From Tubulanus polymorphus (Eukaryota > Animalia > Nemertea), in assembly GCF_964204645.1 (NCBI RefSeq), contig NC_134027.1, positions 18,438,560-18,502,559 on the forward strand: a stretch of DNA of 64,000 nt. Reading direction: 5' to 3'. Shown piece after piece: positions 23,101-38,100 of this stretch. The notes under the pieces are model-generated. The model worked only from the letters and a program-made list of their open reading frames with translations. It was not told the origin of the DNA and ran no database searches. The position numbers were made by a program, and so were the translations under genes. Position 1 is the first letter of the stretch. Each line of letters starts with the position of its first letter.

Positions 23101-26100
23101 CGAGAAAAGTTGACCGTATAAATATCATCAGCACCACTGGTGATTCAAACCCATATCAACGGATTTATTTCTATTTTTTTTTTTTTTAAGTACATTAATA
23201 TAAAAACCGCCCGCCCTTATCATGGTAAAAAACAAAAGTGTGTCGAGAAACAAGGCGAAACAATCTTTTTTTGGCTTTAATTTAGTTACTTATTCGTTGT
23301 TGGAACTAAATTTCGTTTCGGAAGAACGCCTGCCCTGTTATGTATATTCATGCTTCACACACGCGTGTGTCACATATACTCGCTACTCTGGTGTATTGAT
23401 CTGTGCATGTATATGAAAAGCACGCCTCGCATGTGGCCTAGTACATTCTAGTTTGATTTTTGCCTATTTCTAGTTTATATAACTTAGAAGCAAATATGCA
23501 AAACAGTAAAAGAAGACCACAAATAAAAATATAAATTTAGCTGCTGTTCAACAGATTGTAGCATTCATCTGTGTAAAAAAGAGTTTTGTTGGCGTATTTT
23601 GACCCAGTTTACAAATGTTTGGCTTTGTTTCATGGTTCACGATAATGTTGTTTCACAGGGCTGCTACTTTTTTGTTTTGGCTCAAAATCTTTTGCAAAAT
23701 GCTGAGGTCTAGTTGCTAAGATTTGAATCTAAGAAACTATTTTTCAATGCCAAGGTTGGCATTTGACCTTGACTTGTACACCAGCAAATGTGGTACAGAT
23801 GGTTCTCTCAACGCTGCTGCAGGAAAAGCTAGCGCTGGAATCTTAATTCCTTTACAGGGAATTGAGGTAATTCTTCCATTGCCACCGTACTCTATCCTGA
23901 ATACAGAGTTCATCACAACCAGTTGGTCCTAGCCTTACCATCAGCTACACACTCTGACAGTAAATTTGTTAAAGTCTGTTCACAACGAGTTGACGTGCGG
24001 CTTTTTCTCCACATCAAAGAGCAGCTACTGCTGTGAGCTGTGAGATAGCTGCTACACACATAATCCATTACAGATGTGCTGACCCACTGCAGCCCAGCGT
24101 CCACCAAGAGTGCATAACTACACACACACATAACTTGCATCTCCAACCACTCGGTTCTTTAATATTACACAAGTCAGTTTAAAATGCAAATTTGGTTGAC
24201 AAATTCATTATAAATACCAGCGATGATTCTTCGTCTGAATCAGATTCAAACTATATAATATGGATGCATCCGCAAAAGAGAGTGACTGGATAGATTGGAG
24301 TTCAATCTGTGCCATCTTATTATCTAGATATAATATAGTGCCACTTCTCTATGAGTGAAAACCACGAAAATATCAGTTGTCTAAATGCCTAGAGCTCTGT
24401 GAAAAAATGTTACAAAAATATGTGACTTGACATGTGTTGACATGTAAACCCAGATATATCTTCTTTCCTTGAATATTCTGTGAAATGAGCAAAATCCTCG
24501 AAAATTCTCTCCTTTCTAACAACTGCAACTATTTTATCTGGATCACTGCCAGGCCTTGCCATCCATCAACTCTACGTCATCATTCAATAAGAGTGTATAA
24601 AACAACAAGATAAACTTAAATTCTTCTATATTCCTAAGACTGCATGTCTTGTGAAATCTTGCTAGTTATTCACTCTTGCTGAATTTGTGTACAAAACCAT
24701 AGCAACAAGCCACTTAACTGGCTCAGCATGCACCCCTGCAACACAGTTCACTACTGTAAACTGATACCCCTGTGGTCAAAAAGCCGCACGTCAACTCGTT
24801 GTGAATAGACTTTATACTTACTGATTCCATGTCTTCTCTCCAAACCTTGCAAAATTCCGAGCCCTCAGAATATTACCATCTTTGTCTATCCATAACCTGT
24901 CTTATCAAGAACATTTCTGGGATAACAATGAGTGAGCGAAGGAATAATGCCAAATTGGCTTCCAACAGTGGATCTGTCAACAAACCAACTTAGTCCCTGT
25001 CATCACGCCAATTCCTCGTGTTCAAAAAACATCTTATGATATCTGGTATGATCAATCAAAATCAGAAAGTACAGGTTTGAGTATGCTATGCAACACTCGA
25101 AACTGTCCTGTACAGATTTGATATGAATTAGGATTTGGCCTGCCTTAGGAGCAGTTGAGGAAACAAATGTCTCCTCATATTTAACTGTCAAGAACTGACT
25201 TAAAAGCAGCAATATAATGCTCACCTAGGTCTTGAAACTATCCTGAAAAACCAAAGCAGTGAATGGGTATCATTGTGCAAATTCATCATGGAGAGACAAT
25301 AATGGATCCCTTCTAGAGCCATGCTGCTGGATGTATGAATTTTCAAGTTTTGAGTTATATTACCAATATTTGACTTAATTAGTTCATACAACTGCCACAA
25401 GGGTATTACATAGTGAAAAAAACTTCATTATCCTCAGAGCTATTGTCATCATGCTTTGTACAGCGGTACATTGATGCCATGCTTAGTATCCCTTATTAAT
25501 CCACTATCTTGTGCAAGGGATGACCTCTACAAATTGCTTCCTACAAAATAATACAACTGATTTCGATGAAACTCCATCGGTTTCATAGTAGTTGCATTGA
25601 AACCAATAAGGTGGAGCACTCATTTTTGCTGCTTTACAGCTATGTTTTCTGTTAATGTTTCATTACAGTGAGTGTAAATGAATCTGACCCAGCTCCGATG
25701 AGAAGATTGAATTTTGCCCGATTAATCATGATGTATACGCGGAAGTTTGAGGCAACAGATCCCCGTGAAGCTCTTCAATATTTCTACTTCCTCAGGTTAA
25801 TAGACAACAATCTTACTTAGTTTCTATGTAAGAAGTTGATGTGGCCCATAACCTTACTTCATTTCTGTTATTTTTTTTTCAGGAATTTGAATTCAACGTT
25901 ATTTGCTCAATGTGTCTGTGAACTGGTGCTTGAAACTAGGGAGGTATGTGGTATTGCATCTGTGTATTAATCCTTTCGTGGTGAACTTATTTGGCTGAAA
26001 TGTTTGGAATTGTTCTGTGGGGTTGAATCCAGTCAACACTTGCTATGTTACATTATTACCCCTTGGCCGTAGAACGTGAGCAGTATTATCATTAGAATGA

Positions 26101-29100
26101 TAATGATAAATATAGCTGCAAAGCAGCGATAACAGGTTTTCTGCAAAGCCATTCAGGATGATGGGAATTATAAAAAATTAGAATACCGATACACAGAATA
26201 AAATGCATTGACAGATTCGAACCTAATATGCAACCACTGTGTAAACGTCCAATGCTTTGAAACCGAACTTACACGGACATACAATTAATGAATATGAATT
26301 GCTTCGACCCGGCATTTATTTTGGCATTAAAACTTTATGATACTGTATTAGGGTCCGTTCATGTTATACGTTTCGATCGTTTTCCACTGATCTCTTCGAG
26401 TCCTTTTCAAGAAATGACATGAAAAAATACAAACTAAACATATTATACTATTACTAATTACAGAGAATATCATGCAGGTATGAAATGGCCTAGTTTACCA
26501 AGTACAAATTAAACTCATTATCATCATGAAGATTGTGATGTTGGGTTTTTATTATTATTAGGACGTTCGTTAGACGAACGTCCTTATGTGATCGGTTTGC
26601 CGGTTGATGACGCACTTCCGATTTGGTTGACAGACGTTTAAGGTCGTTTTAAAGCCAGTTAGTTAGAGATTTCCTCAAATTCTGCATCAGAAATGGTGTC
26701 TTCAAGTTGGGATTGAATTTGGTTAAAAATAGTTGGTTAGTTTTTGCTGTCCCCTCTTGAAAAAATGCTCTTCACACCGTTTATGTGACATCACACATCA
26801 CGTGTTGCTTATGACGCAGAAGGTATAGTGATCGACAGATTTTTAAAATCGTTGTATCGTGGATGTTAACTTTAGAGGACCGTACGAAGTCTCTTTAAAG
26901 GTGAGTGTCAACATATATGGTGACTTAACTTAATTCTTTGTGAGCGCATAGAGGCCCTGTGAGAATCTAGAGACGTTCGCAGCATTGAAAATTACGCAAT
27001 GGTCCGCTCGACACACACACACATGCTGTCAGTTTGGCCTACGTGACTAAATACAGCCGCCATGAATCAGAAGCAATCCACTTCAAATTTTATGAAGTGA
27101 ATATCATAATTATTATTTATCCGATATACACCAAAAAACCTTTAAGAGAAAGGTATTTGGCGTCGGATTCTGTACCGAAAATCCCGGATTGTTACACTGC
27201 ATAGTTTTTTTAGTAGGGTTCTTTTAACATCTTGCCTATGAGCCATTTGATTGACACGTGGGGCGGGGCTTGCGATCTGCCGATGACGTCAGATGTAAAC
27301 AATAATATAACCACGTGCATCGCGCACATGTGTTAACAAACCTGACAACAAATTAGATTTTTTGGCGCCAAAACTTTTTTGATTTTTTCTTTTGTCCAAT
27401 GATTTTTCAATTGGAGCCAACTGCTATGCCATTAGATTGTACAATCAAGTATTCACGTTTTATAGACTCTCTCTGAAATAATTCTTGTCCAGGGGACATG
27501 TATTGAAATATCCATTGTCGTTGTTTTTGTTTTTTTTTTATTTTTAGGATATAAACAGCCTAGAAGAAACATCATCTGGCAGACACACATTTGACTACAG
27601 ATCATATCCTGTTATAAAATGTGTTTAATAAATATTTTACTCAAGTTTTCTTGCCATTAATACTTCCTGACTACTTTTATTTTATGGTTATCTAAGTGCA
27701 AGGCAAACATTGGTGGGGTTCCTTTGGCCCTCCGAATATATAGGACCAAAAGGGGAATTTTATGCCATTTGGATTTATTTTTGCTTAGAAAATCTATTCA
27801 AATACTTTTTGGCGGGCACATTCAAATTCTGAAGGGTAGGACTAGTCCTACCCCTAAATCCACTTGCATTCAGTCTCAACGTTAAAACCTTCACCGGCCT
27901 CCTACTCAATTTTTTGAATAAATGTAAAACTTATGGCAGAATTTATGGTTGATTCCTCGATTTTGAATCCCAAAGAATAATTTTTGAATTACGCAGTAGG
28001 ATGACACTTGAATAGCCGGTATTCAAATTTTCCAATCAATGTGGGAGGTGTCTGGGTCTACATGCGTTTCACAAACGAACGTCCTCTTTTAAAGTTTCTT
28101 TCTAGTTTAATTATCTTGATACTCCTCCGAAATTGTATGGTTGGATTGTCTTGATTGGTAAACTGAACAATTTTTCATTATTAGGCCAGAAAAAAATATA
28201 TTCTGTTACTAGTCAGGCCCTTCTGCACAAAATGATGCGGTGATCTGGGTTTTTTTTCTCGAGTGCGATGGATTAGTCGACAGGAACAAATCCGAACGGA
28301 CGTATAGTAGCCGGCCCTTACAAAATTGATATCGATATCAACATGCTTTGTTTTCATTCACAATCAGACAATAGCAATGAATAGTTGGACTAAACTTCCG
28401 CGTTTGACGACGTCGGCGCGCGGTGCGCGAATTTCGTAGCCGATTTTTCTTTCCGAAAAAAAAAATTTCGACTCGGGGGTTATAGATCGTCGCGCGCGCT
28501 GACCAGAAACAGAATACATTTTTTGTTTGGCCTTATCTAGACAGGATGTGACAAACGTGTGAACAAGTAGAACTCTTCTCAACCGACAAATGCAGGACAA
28601 TCCAATGAAGCATCTTCTCAGTTCTTATGTAGAGCTATTCCGAAAAAAATCTTTGCTCACTGCGCTGTCTCTCCAAACGCTCTACGGAATAACAATCTTG
28701 TAACTAAGTTTTTAAATGAGACGATATAAGACAAGTTAGAGAAGCCTATTATCTTCACTGAAATCTGAATGTATTCTCAACACTTCTTAAATCATACATG
28801 TCTATGCAATTATATGTGTACATTTAATCCCAGTAGAAAAATAGTGCCAGTTACGGAATACGGGATATCGACAAATTCAAGTTCTGAAATTTCTCATTTG
28901 ATGGCGCTAGTCAGAACTGGAAATTGGAACCTCAATCTGCCATTATCTAGTTCATCTGCAATAAAAATCTCTCGCTTCAATTTCTTGTTTTTATTTAGCG
29001 ATGTTTTACTAGCTATACATCGTCATGTGTAATCCTTTAAATATGATATCCTGGCAATGTGTTGAATTCGATATAACCTCACTTCAAATCAGTTTTCATA

Positions 29101-32100
29101 TCAGGTCGACTTGGGTCGAACCACGTCGCTAATACATTTGTATATATGTGCGTCAGCAGTCAGTCGCACATGTGCGAATATAGGTTACTGTACTATATGG
29201 CTGCTGTGTGTGTTAGTAATCACCTGAGCGAGTCTATGTATAGTACAGTGACTCGGTGATGATATTAGTGTATACACAGCGCTCTCATACATCGGAAGGC
29301 GCGCGCGTATTGTCAGCCTCATTCATCGTCAATTAAGACAAACTAATTGACAAATTGAGTGAACTAAAATCTCCTGATGAAGGGCCTATGCTTATTGGGC
29401 GAAGCTTTATGAAATCCATGTATTTTAGGCTAAAAAACTGCCCTCAGCTCATTGGCCAAGTCGGCTTAATCGCTGGAAAATTCGGGAGGTTGTGTTGTCA
29501 TGAACGCCTGGCTCGTACGCAGCCTCTCTTTTTGGGTGGGTGCGAATTTAGAGAGGGTGGTACTTATTTGATTTTGCGGTGGACCTACTGCGAGCGCTGT
29601 AGGCGCAAAGCTTCTTTAGGGGGGGTGTAGGGGGCCTCCCCCAAGACAATTTTGAAAATAGAAATGCATGTTCGTTCAAATTTTAGTGAATATTTCATAT
29701 AAAAATGTCACTGAAAAAATGTAATTAATCCTCGAATCATTTTCAGAATAAGTTTTAATTAGGTCTTATAATCCAACAACATACACTGGTGTCTCAGCGT
29801 TTATGGAGACTTGCAAATTTTTTGATAACAGTGTCTATATCTATATCATAGTTATATGTATGTGAGCAAGAAATTTTCTTTGACAAAAAATAGTGAAACT
29901 CAAAATTTTATAGTGAGGGGGTGCGTTCCCCTGGGTACAGGCCTGTATAGACTAAGTTTTGGCGTGACAGTTGTTGATGGTTTGCGCATTTGATTAAAAA
30001 AGTATTGATTTTCACTTTTCAAAGGTGATGATAAGTCTTGATTTTGACCAAGGCCTGACAACTATGAACCCTGATTTATTGCAGGCTACGCTGATAAATT
30101 TGAAATAAATTTATGCAATAAAATTGATTTTAGAAGGACTATAATAATCGCAGAACCATAATAAAACTATGAAAAGTACCAGGACTCGAACCGACAATCA
30201 AAATTGGGCCGTCAAGTACTGCCACCATGTGATACCTGGCAACCAGTCTTTACATCGTCAGCTCTCGCAAAATGTTTTTTTTACAATTTTAGGACATTAA
30301 TAGTGATTTCTAGCCTTTGCAATGAGGTTTTATCGTATCCAACGTAAGGGTAGGATATCATATTTGAAGGATTAATCATGACGATGTTTAGTAAGTAAAA
30401 AAAAACGCTCATTAAAAACTTGAAGCGAGAGATCTTTATTGCAAATGAACTAAAACATGGCGGATTTAGGTTCCAATTTCCGGTTCTGACTAGCGCCATC
30501 AAACAAAAATTCAAGAACTTGAATTTGTTGATTTCCCGTATAACCACAGTAGATTTGCACTCTGTGACTTAATAACACTGCATGACACAATAGACATAAA
30601 TGACCACCAAAGTGCTTGACTATGGTGCAAGTCCCGGGTTTCTGAACTTCGTGAAATGTCCGGATTCCTCAGATTTTTTCAGAATCCCCGGACTTTACCC
30701 ATAATTCCCAGATTCTGAGTAAAAACCGGAAAAGGTCTCAGATTGGGAGCGGACAATTCATTTCAATATTTTATTGACCCAAAATATATGTACTTATTGT
30801 AAACTTCATGTTAGGAGCAAAGTATGTAAGTTTTCATATTTGGAGGCTTTAAAAGTTGACCAATGTAATTAACGCATGTGGAAGGTGGGGGTTAAAATAC
30901 CAGAATATTGCAAATTCTGGAAAAAAATGATTATAATTTTTGTAATATATATCATTATCTCTTTTGTTATTCTTTAATGGTTACGTTTGCTATCGGTGGT
31001 CAATTTTGAATTCAATCTATCGCGATGTTCTGCAATATCGGATCGGAAAATTGATAAGAAATAGGAAATTTCAGACTATGTTCATCTCCGGGGCCGATAA
31101 GCCAGTGATGGGTGATCGAGTGTCCTGCATTTTCTAATTTAAACTGAAAAATCTGCGGAGAGAGTGGCATTGCATTTTCAATATAGCCAATAATACGCCG
31201 TCATTTGATTTTATAAACGTTGAATAAAATTTAAATTAATTTTCCGGGTCCAGTTTTCATGAGCTTGCAAGCCCATATTGCTATCACAGGGATTGATAGC
31301 TTGCTTGGGGAGTCGATAACTTTCGTTAAAAACTTTCTTGGGCTCTGATATTTACACACATTTAATGCAGTAGTAAAATCTAGGTTCCTTGTGTATATTG
31401 GCTATATCGGTTGTTGTTTTCTTTGTTTTGTGATCTTGTTTTATTTTTCTGAATTGAATTGACTGGTTTGACTGGTGCCCTGTCTCTTCAGAGAGCCAGG
31501 GGGCGATAGTTAGTGGTGGCATTTAACTTAATCGGATGATAGTAGTGGATAGTCATTTGAAGGAAATGCAATCTTGCTTTATGTCTTTATTATTCAATAA
31601 GAATATCGTGGCTCCTATCTATTTTCGTGTTCGCTTCTTTTCACCTGAAGTCACTGGAGTTAGTCACGTTTTTTCTTTCAGCTGTAAATTTTTCTAAGCG
31701 CCGAGCAAAATTATTTCAGCACAATCTTCTTAAGTAATCTAGCAATTATCAACATATGATACATTCTGAAAAGTCACAACAATATTCAAATAACAACCAT
31801 CTAAATGCTTGCACTAACTCGGTCCATGTCTACAATAAAACCATTCCGATTCCCAGTCCGCTGATGTATGTGATATTTCATGTAACAATCTAAGACAACA
31901 CTGATTTCTTCAGAAATGCAAATTTTAGTCCCAAAAAATTGTAATTTTTGTGTCATTCACTTTCAAGATGGCTGACCGGTGGCCATATTCATTTTAAAAA
32001 CCACTTGCAGAGTGCAGTATTGAAGTACGTCTTTCTCTTTTACAAGATGTTCTATGATTCAAAGGGATTTATCAATTTCAATTGTGTGCGCATGCTTTTG

Positions 32101-35100
32101 GCTATTTTTGATAAACATGGTTGCTTTTAAAGGAATAAGTTATTGTGATCTAGTATGTAATCTACCTTAGCAAATATTATCAACGGCCGAGGGGTAATGC
32201 TAGCTAGCATTGCTCTTTTTGGCATAATGCTATCGTCCTCCACCACGAAAAACACATACCTGGTAATTGTAATGATTATATAAAATATTCAAAAATTATA
32301 TGTTTTTGTTTTTGACAGTTTGAAATGCTTCTAGGAAAGTTAGAGAGAGATGGCAGTTTGAAGGTAATATTTATAGACAGTCTGTTCTATAGTTGGTGTA
32401 ACTAGTGATTCTTTATCAGGTGGCATGCCAGCTAACACATGATTTAAGTAGAGATGATGATTCTGGTTGTGTAGAATAATTTAAAAAAGACAATCTTATT
32501 TTGACTACTGGTTAGTGAACCTGTGTTTTTCTATTGCAATATGTTTCTATGAACCTGTTTCACAGCCGTGATAGCCCACCCACAACTATCCAACTGAATC
32601 CTTTTCAAATGCGTTTTGTGCTACCCAGCCTTCATTATTTGTGACATCAGACCCTTCAAGGCATTTTAAGAAACTGAATAATACAGGATATTGGCTCAAT
32701 GTTACTCTTTTAGTACTGCAGCGGGGTAAATTTCTTATGTTGTTTGTCTTGCAGCCAATGTAAACAATTCTTTTGCCCGAATCTCCTGCTATTTAACCAA
32801 TTAGCACTCAGGAATTTCACAATGTAGTGTCAATTACTCCTCGGAAAATTCAACGGAAAATCCAAGTTTGTCACGATACCAAGTAGCTCATTTTTATGCC
32901 CCGAGCTCGACTTTAGTTGAGAGGGGTATATAGATTTACCCCTGTCTGAGAAAGACGCCACTGCAAGTGACGTTAAAATTGGGTCGATTCGATACAAATT
33001 ATGGCCACCAGGGGGCCGACATGAAAAACGACGTTTGCAATTTGTGACTTATTCATTTCAAACTTGGTACACAAGTAGGATATCACTTCGGTCAGAACCA
33101 TATCTAAAATTGGGTTGATTCAATTCAAATTATTGCCACCAGGGACTGTTTTACTGTAGTGAACTTTTTGATAAATGAACAGGCAATGGGCCGTTAATTT
33201 TTATGGACTTTCGCTTCAGCGAAGTCCATTTTGTTATCGCATATCAACTTTCTTCCTTTGGTACAAAATAACTTCAAAACGAGGCGTAGTTTCTCTTTGG
33301 AACTTTTAAAACATTAAATGCAGTAATAAAAGCTCTAACCGTATGGCATACGGTACAAATTGGCAAGCTAGCATACCCGTACCGTAAGTGATACGGTATC
33401 ACTTAACCCTTCTTCTAGAAGGGCATATCTATCAGTATCAGCCGGTGCTGCCATCTGCATAAAATCCAAGATGGCAACAGCCAGGAAAAAACAATTTAGC
33501 TGGATGAAATGGTGCAGCAGCTCGTATATGATGCTGACAGTGATGCTGGTGACTTGGAATTTGGTAGTGAACAAATTGAGAGTGATAACGAATATGACAG
33601 CAGCAGTTCAGATGATGAGACTTAGTCAGAAAATAGGTTTATAGTGCCAGCTATGATTTTGATGATGAAAATGAAATCAGTGACAATTTTTTTATACCCT
33701 GTTGATATGGTTGTCATGGCAACGGACACCAATAACAAAAATGAAGAACCAGAAACTGTCCATCCTCAAGGTCACATATATCCAATTAATTTGTCTTATT
33801 TGTAAGCCCAATGGTTATCAACACCATGGTATACAATGTATCAGTGTCAAATACAATTTTCTGAGGCCTGAAATTATACCCCAATGAAACCCCTTACATC
33901 TGGCCTTCCGACATATCATGGTAAATGAGTGGAAAAATAAAATTTTTAGTGGTTCGTAGTTTAGTTTTTATTGCTTTGAAATTTTTACTACATAAGGTAA
34001 GGATATATGGCATACAATTTCAGTTGGAATTGAATAGATCAGTGCATTTTGCTGGGAGACAGAGCAGTTTATCTGAAACTTTATCGTGAATTTTCATCTT
34101 CAAGTTTTCCTAGAAACTGCAAATGATTCAACTGCCAGGGTTCGTCGCGGCTGGCCGTGAAAAGCAGTGAATTTTATAGAAGGGCAATGAAATTGGGAAC
34201 TTGGAAATTGTTCAATTAACGAAAATAAATTGTCTAACAAACTTCGTACACAGTGTATAGAAATTGTCACACCATGAACGTGGAGAGTTTCTATTTGAGT
34301 GGGGAAAACCCTCTACCATGTATATTAATTATGAATCGTCATGCAGGTGTGTGTGATGGAGATCGTATCAATAGACAGATTTTCATGAAAACTTCTGGAT
34401 TTAATCAACGGGGACATCTTAGGCTTATTTAGGCCAGCCGTAGGCTGAGCCTATTACTATACAAATGGAGCGAATTTAAATGACGGTTTCTTTGTAAAAG
34501 TAAAAGAGTAAAGGCTGTTTGACAATGCAACTGAGCATATAGTCATACAAATCATTCATTAGAGCATTATCCATTCTCCAACCCCCATGAAGCTAAATTT
34601 TGAAAGAGGGCCTCGTTAAAATTTATATGAGCTTTTTCGCGAGAATCTGATCTCAAAAATATCTGTTTTGAAAAGCCAATCAGAAAGCAAAGACTCCTCT
34701 ATGATTGGCTTAGCCGCAGAAATCAGCAGATGTTCACGTGAACCCGTGGTATCGTCTACCGTTGTACTTCTGGGTTTTATTTTAAGATCTAGAATTGTAT
34801 TTCAATATCGATTTCTGTGAAATCTTTAGTTGATTTGGTTTTTGGGAGGAATATTTTTATTTGTACTACAGAAAATATCATTGACAATTGTGCAAAGTCC
34901 GGGAAAAAAAGCTGCTTCTCAAATCGGATGGATGACCTTGATATGCTAATTAGCCATGTCTCAAACTGCAAATTCAAGCAAATTTTATTCTGCAAAAAAA
35001 TATCAAATCCAATTCAATTTTACTTTATTGAACAACGTAAAACAGCAAATCCAATTCAATTTTGTTTTATTGAGAAAATTTCAGAAAATTCAATTCTATC

Positions 35101-38100
35101 ACATTCAAATCAATAAGACCAAGGGAAAACATTTATTTGAGGTAGTTGTTCCTGCCAGCTCCAGTCGCTGTCTGTGCTACTTATGAAAATACGATTGAAT
35201 TGTGTAAATTATTAGCCTGGGATTGACTAGTCTATGAGTTTGGAGTGTATTTGGACAAATTTAACCCACAGAATGCATCATTTGCCATTTTATAAAAAGC
35301 TGACAGGCTGGCCATAGTGCCCCTTGGGGCTCTTGTTGATTACTTGGTGCACGGATTCTTTGAAATTCTGCCAAAAACTTCATGCCAAAGATAGGTAGGC
35401 CATATGCGTTTCCATTCATGATTCGAAAATAAGATATTATTTCTTGATATTTTCCGTCCTTATTTTCGATCTAATTATCTATAAAAAGTCAGTCTTCTCC
35501 CATCATTTGAATTCAGTCCAATAGTATTCACTATTTTTCATTTTTTCTGCTTATAATCTCTAATCTAGAGTACCAATGTTAAATTTTGATGCTGATTAAA
35601 CATATACTCGCGTAAATTTAGGAAAGTCCATATTAAGAATTTCATTTTCTTGTTGGGTATTTAGGATCGCTAACCAAGCTGGAGATTGTTTATTATTATT
35701 ATTATTTATTTATTTTCTGAAAATTATAGCAATTTATAACAAACAATTTATAAATTATCATATTTTTGCACAAATTCAGTATAAATTGACATAATTTATC
35801 AGAGGGGAAGATATAAAAAAGCATAGCTTGTAGGATATACCACCCCAAAAAAAAGTGTTACATTAGAAAAAGAAAAAAGATTCATTCATACTTCCATGCA
35901 CTCTCTCACACATACAAAAATGTACAAATCTGAAAAGTAACTTACTGCACAATTCATTAAAAATTTAATGCGGGTCATCAAAAAATCTGTATGTATCTAA
36001 TCAATAGGAAGAAAGCAATTTGTCCTTTAAATGTGTTTTAAAGCTTTTGATGGATGGCAGGGTTTTTAAATGAAGTGATAAACTATTCCAAATTTTGGGT
36101 CCATTTACTTTTATAGAAGATTTTTTTAAGTTCGATTTAAACTGTTCATATCTAATATTTCTGTTGCTATCAAATCGAGTACGTTGTATAGTCACAAATG
36201 GAGGGAAGAAATTTTTGAAAACATCAGGTAGTTTGTTATTCGTATAAAGATACATAAACTGTCCACTTTGCCAAAAATTGATATCATTTAATTTTAAGAT
36301 TTTGTTTGCTTTGAATAAGGGGGAGGTATGGGCTAAGTAATCTACTTTACAAATTATACGAATTGCTCTCTTTTGTAATTTAACCAGGCAATCAAGGGAA
36401 GCTTGATATGTATTACCCCAAATGATGTTACTACAATATGATAAGTGACAATATATGAATGAATGATATATCTGTAATAACGTTTCTTTGGACAAAAAAT
36501 AACTGCATTTGCTGATGATACCAATGAATGGGGCTAACTTTATAGATATAAGATTAATATGCGATTTCCAAGATAGTTTATCATCAATTTGTAGACCTAA
36601 AAATTTTGTTTCTTTAACCTGGGTTATGGGAATGTTATCAATATTTATAAGCAAAGTTTGTTTAAGTTTTGCTCTACTGAAAAACAAAAAATGAGTCTTT
36701 TTAAAATTTAAAGAAAGTCTGTTCGCACGAAACCATATATTTAATTTATGTAATTCAGAATTAACAGAGTTGGTAAGAGTTTTGATGTTTTTTTGACTTG
36801 TGAAAACATTAGTATCATCAGCAAACATGGTAAAATTCAACATATTTGAGGCTTTATCAATATCATTAATATATATAATGAAAAGAACAGGGCCCAAAAT
36901 CGAGCCCAGAGGAACTCTGAAAGGAACGGATGTAAGATTAAATACAGTTCCATTAAAAGAGACCGTTTGAAACCTATTCTTTATGTAGTTTTCAAACCAA
37001 GTTAAAGCTACTCCTCTGATTCCATAATGAAAAAGTTTATACAATGAAATATCATGGTTTGCAGTATCAAAGGCCTGTGAAAGATCTAAATATACACCAA
37101 TGGTTGACATCCCATTGTCTAAACTACTAATAATTTTGTCAATGGTTAGCATAATAGCCATGTAGGTGGAATGATTTTTCCTAAAGCCAAACTGTTGAGG
37201 AGAGATAATTTTATATTTATCCAAGTAATTTAGAAGCCTATTATATACTAATTTTTCTAGTATTTTTGAAATGCAAGGTAAAACAGAAATGGGTCTGTAG
37301 TTAGTTAATTCCTGGGGGTCTCCTGATTTGAATAAAGGAATTATCTTAGATTTTTTAAACAACTCCGGTACAATACCTGTAGACATACTTCTGTTGAAGA
37401 TGTGACAAAGCGGGATAGAAATAACATCAATAACCTCCTTTAAAATTTTCTGGCTTATACCATCATGTCCAGCACTATTTTTATTATTAAGACTTAATAC
37501 AATTTTTTCAATTTCAAAAGGAGATGATGGCATAAAAAATAGATTATTAAGATGCGAAGGTCCCAAAAAATCAGAAAATGACTCATTTGTGGATGGAATA
37601 TTTTTGTCTAAATTCGGTCCGACATTAGCAAAATATGTATTAAAACCATTAGCAATAGAAAAATCATTCGAATAAAATATGTCCTTGTGTTTGACATTAT
37701 TAGGATAATTTCTGTCATTTGACTTTTTGATAAGGTTGTTTATTATTTTCCATGTATCTTTTGGGCACTGCGCATCCTTGAACAAATTTGGATAGTACAT
37801 TTTTTTGGCTGTTCGAACACAAGTATTATAAATATTTCTATATCTAGTGTATACCTCTCTATCATGTTGTCTATGGGTTGAAACGTATCTTTCATATAAA
37901 CGGTCCTTTTGTTTTAATGAGTTTAGTAAACCTTTTGAAACCCAAGGATGTTTTTTATCTTTGTAAAGAAGAAACTTTCGAGATATAACAGGAAGGAATT
38001 CATCATAATATTTTATAAAAGTATTAAAGAATAACGAGTAAGCCAGATTTGGGTCATTTTCATTCAAAACATTACTCCAATCTACTGTCATTAGTTTACG

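Larger units (their letters stand above)
26053..32219 (+). mobile_element. Putative HINE shell spanning most of intron 25944-32318, with nested elements
   Basis: ATTACCCCTTGGCCGT ... ACGGCCGAGGGGTAAT (15/16 inverted) followed by AATGCTAGCTAGCATT palindrome and T-run; related 5' end at ~45670. Confidence 0.55.

Noticed and set aside
29375-29410. CTGATGA...GGGC-GAAG (and related CTGACGA at ~6348) as a hammerhead
   Set aside because: GAAA is replaced by GAAG/GAG, extra bases precede helix II, and there is no convincing helix I or III.
30062-30073. CTATGAACCCTG (also ~63390) matching the hAT5-type right TIR
   Set aside because: No partner TIR, TSD or subterminal repeats were found nearby.
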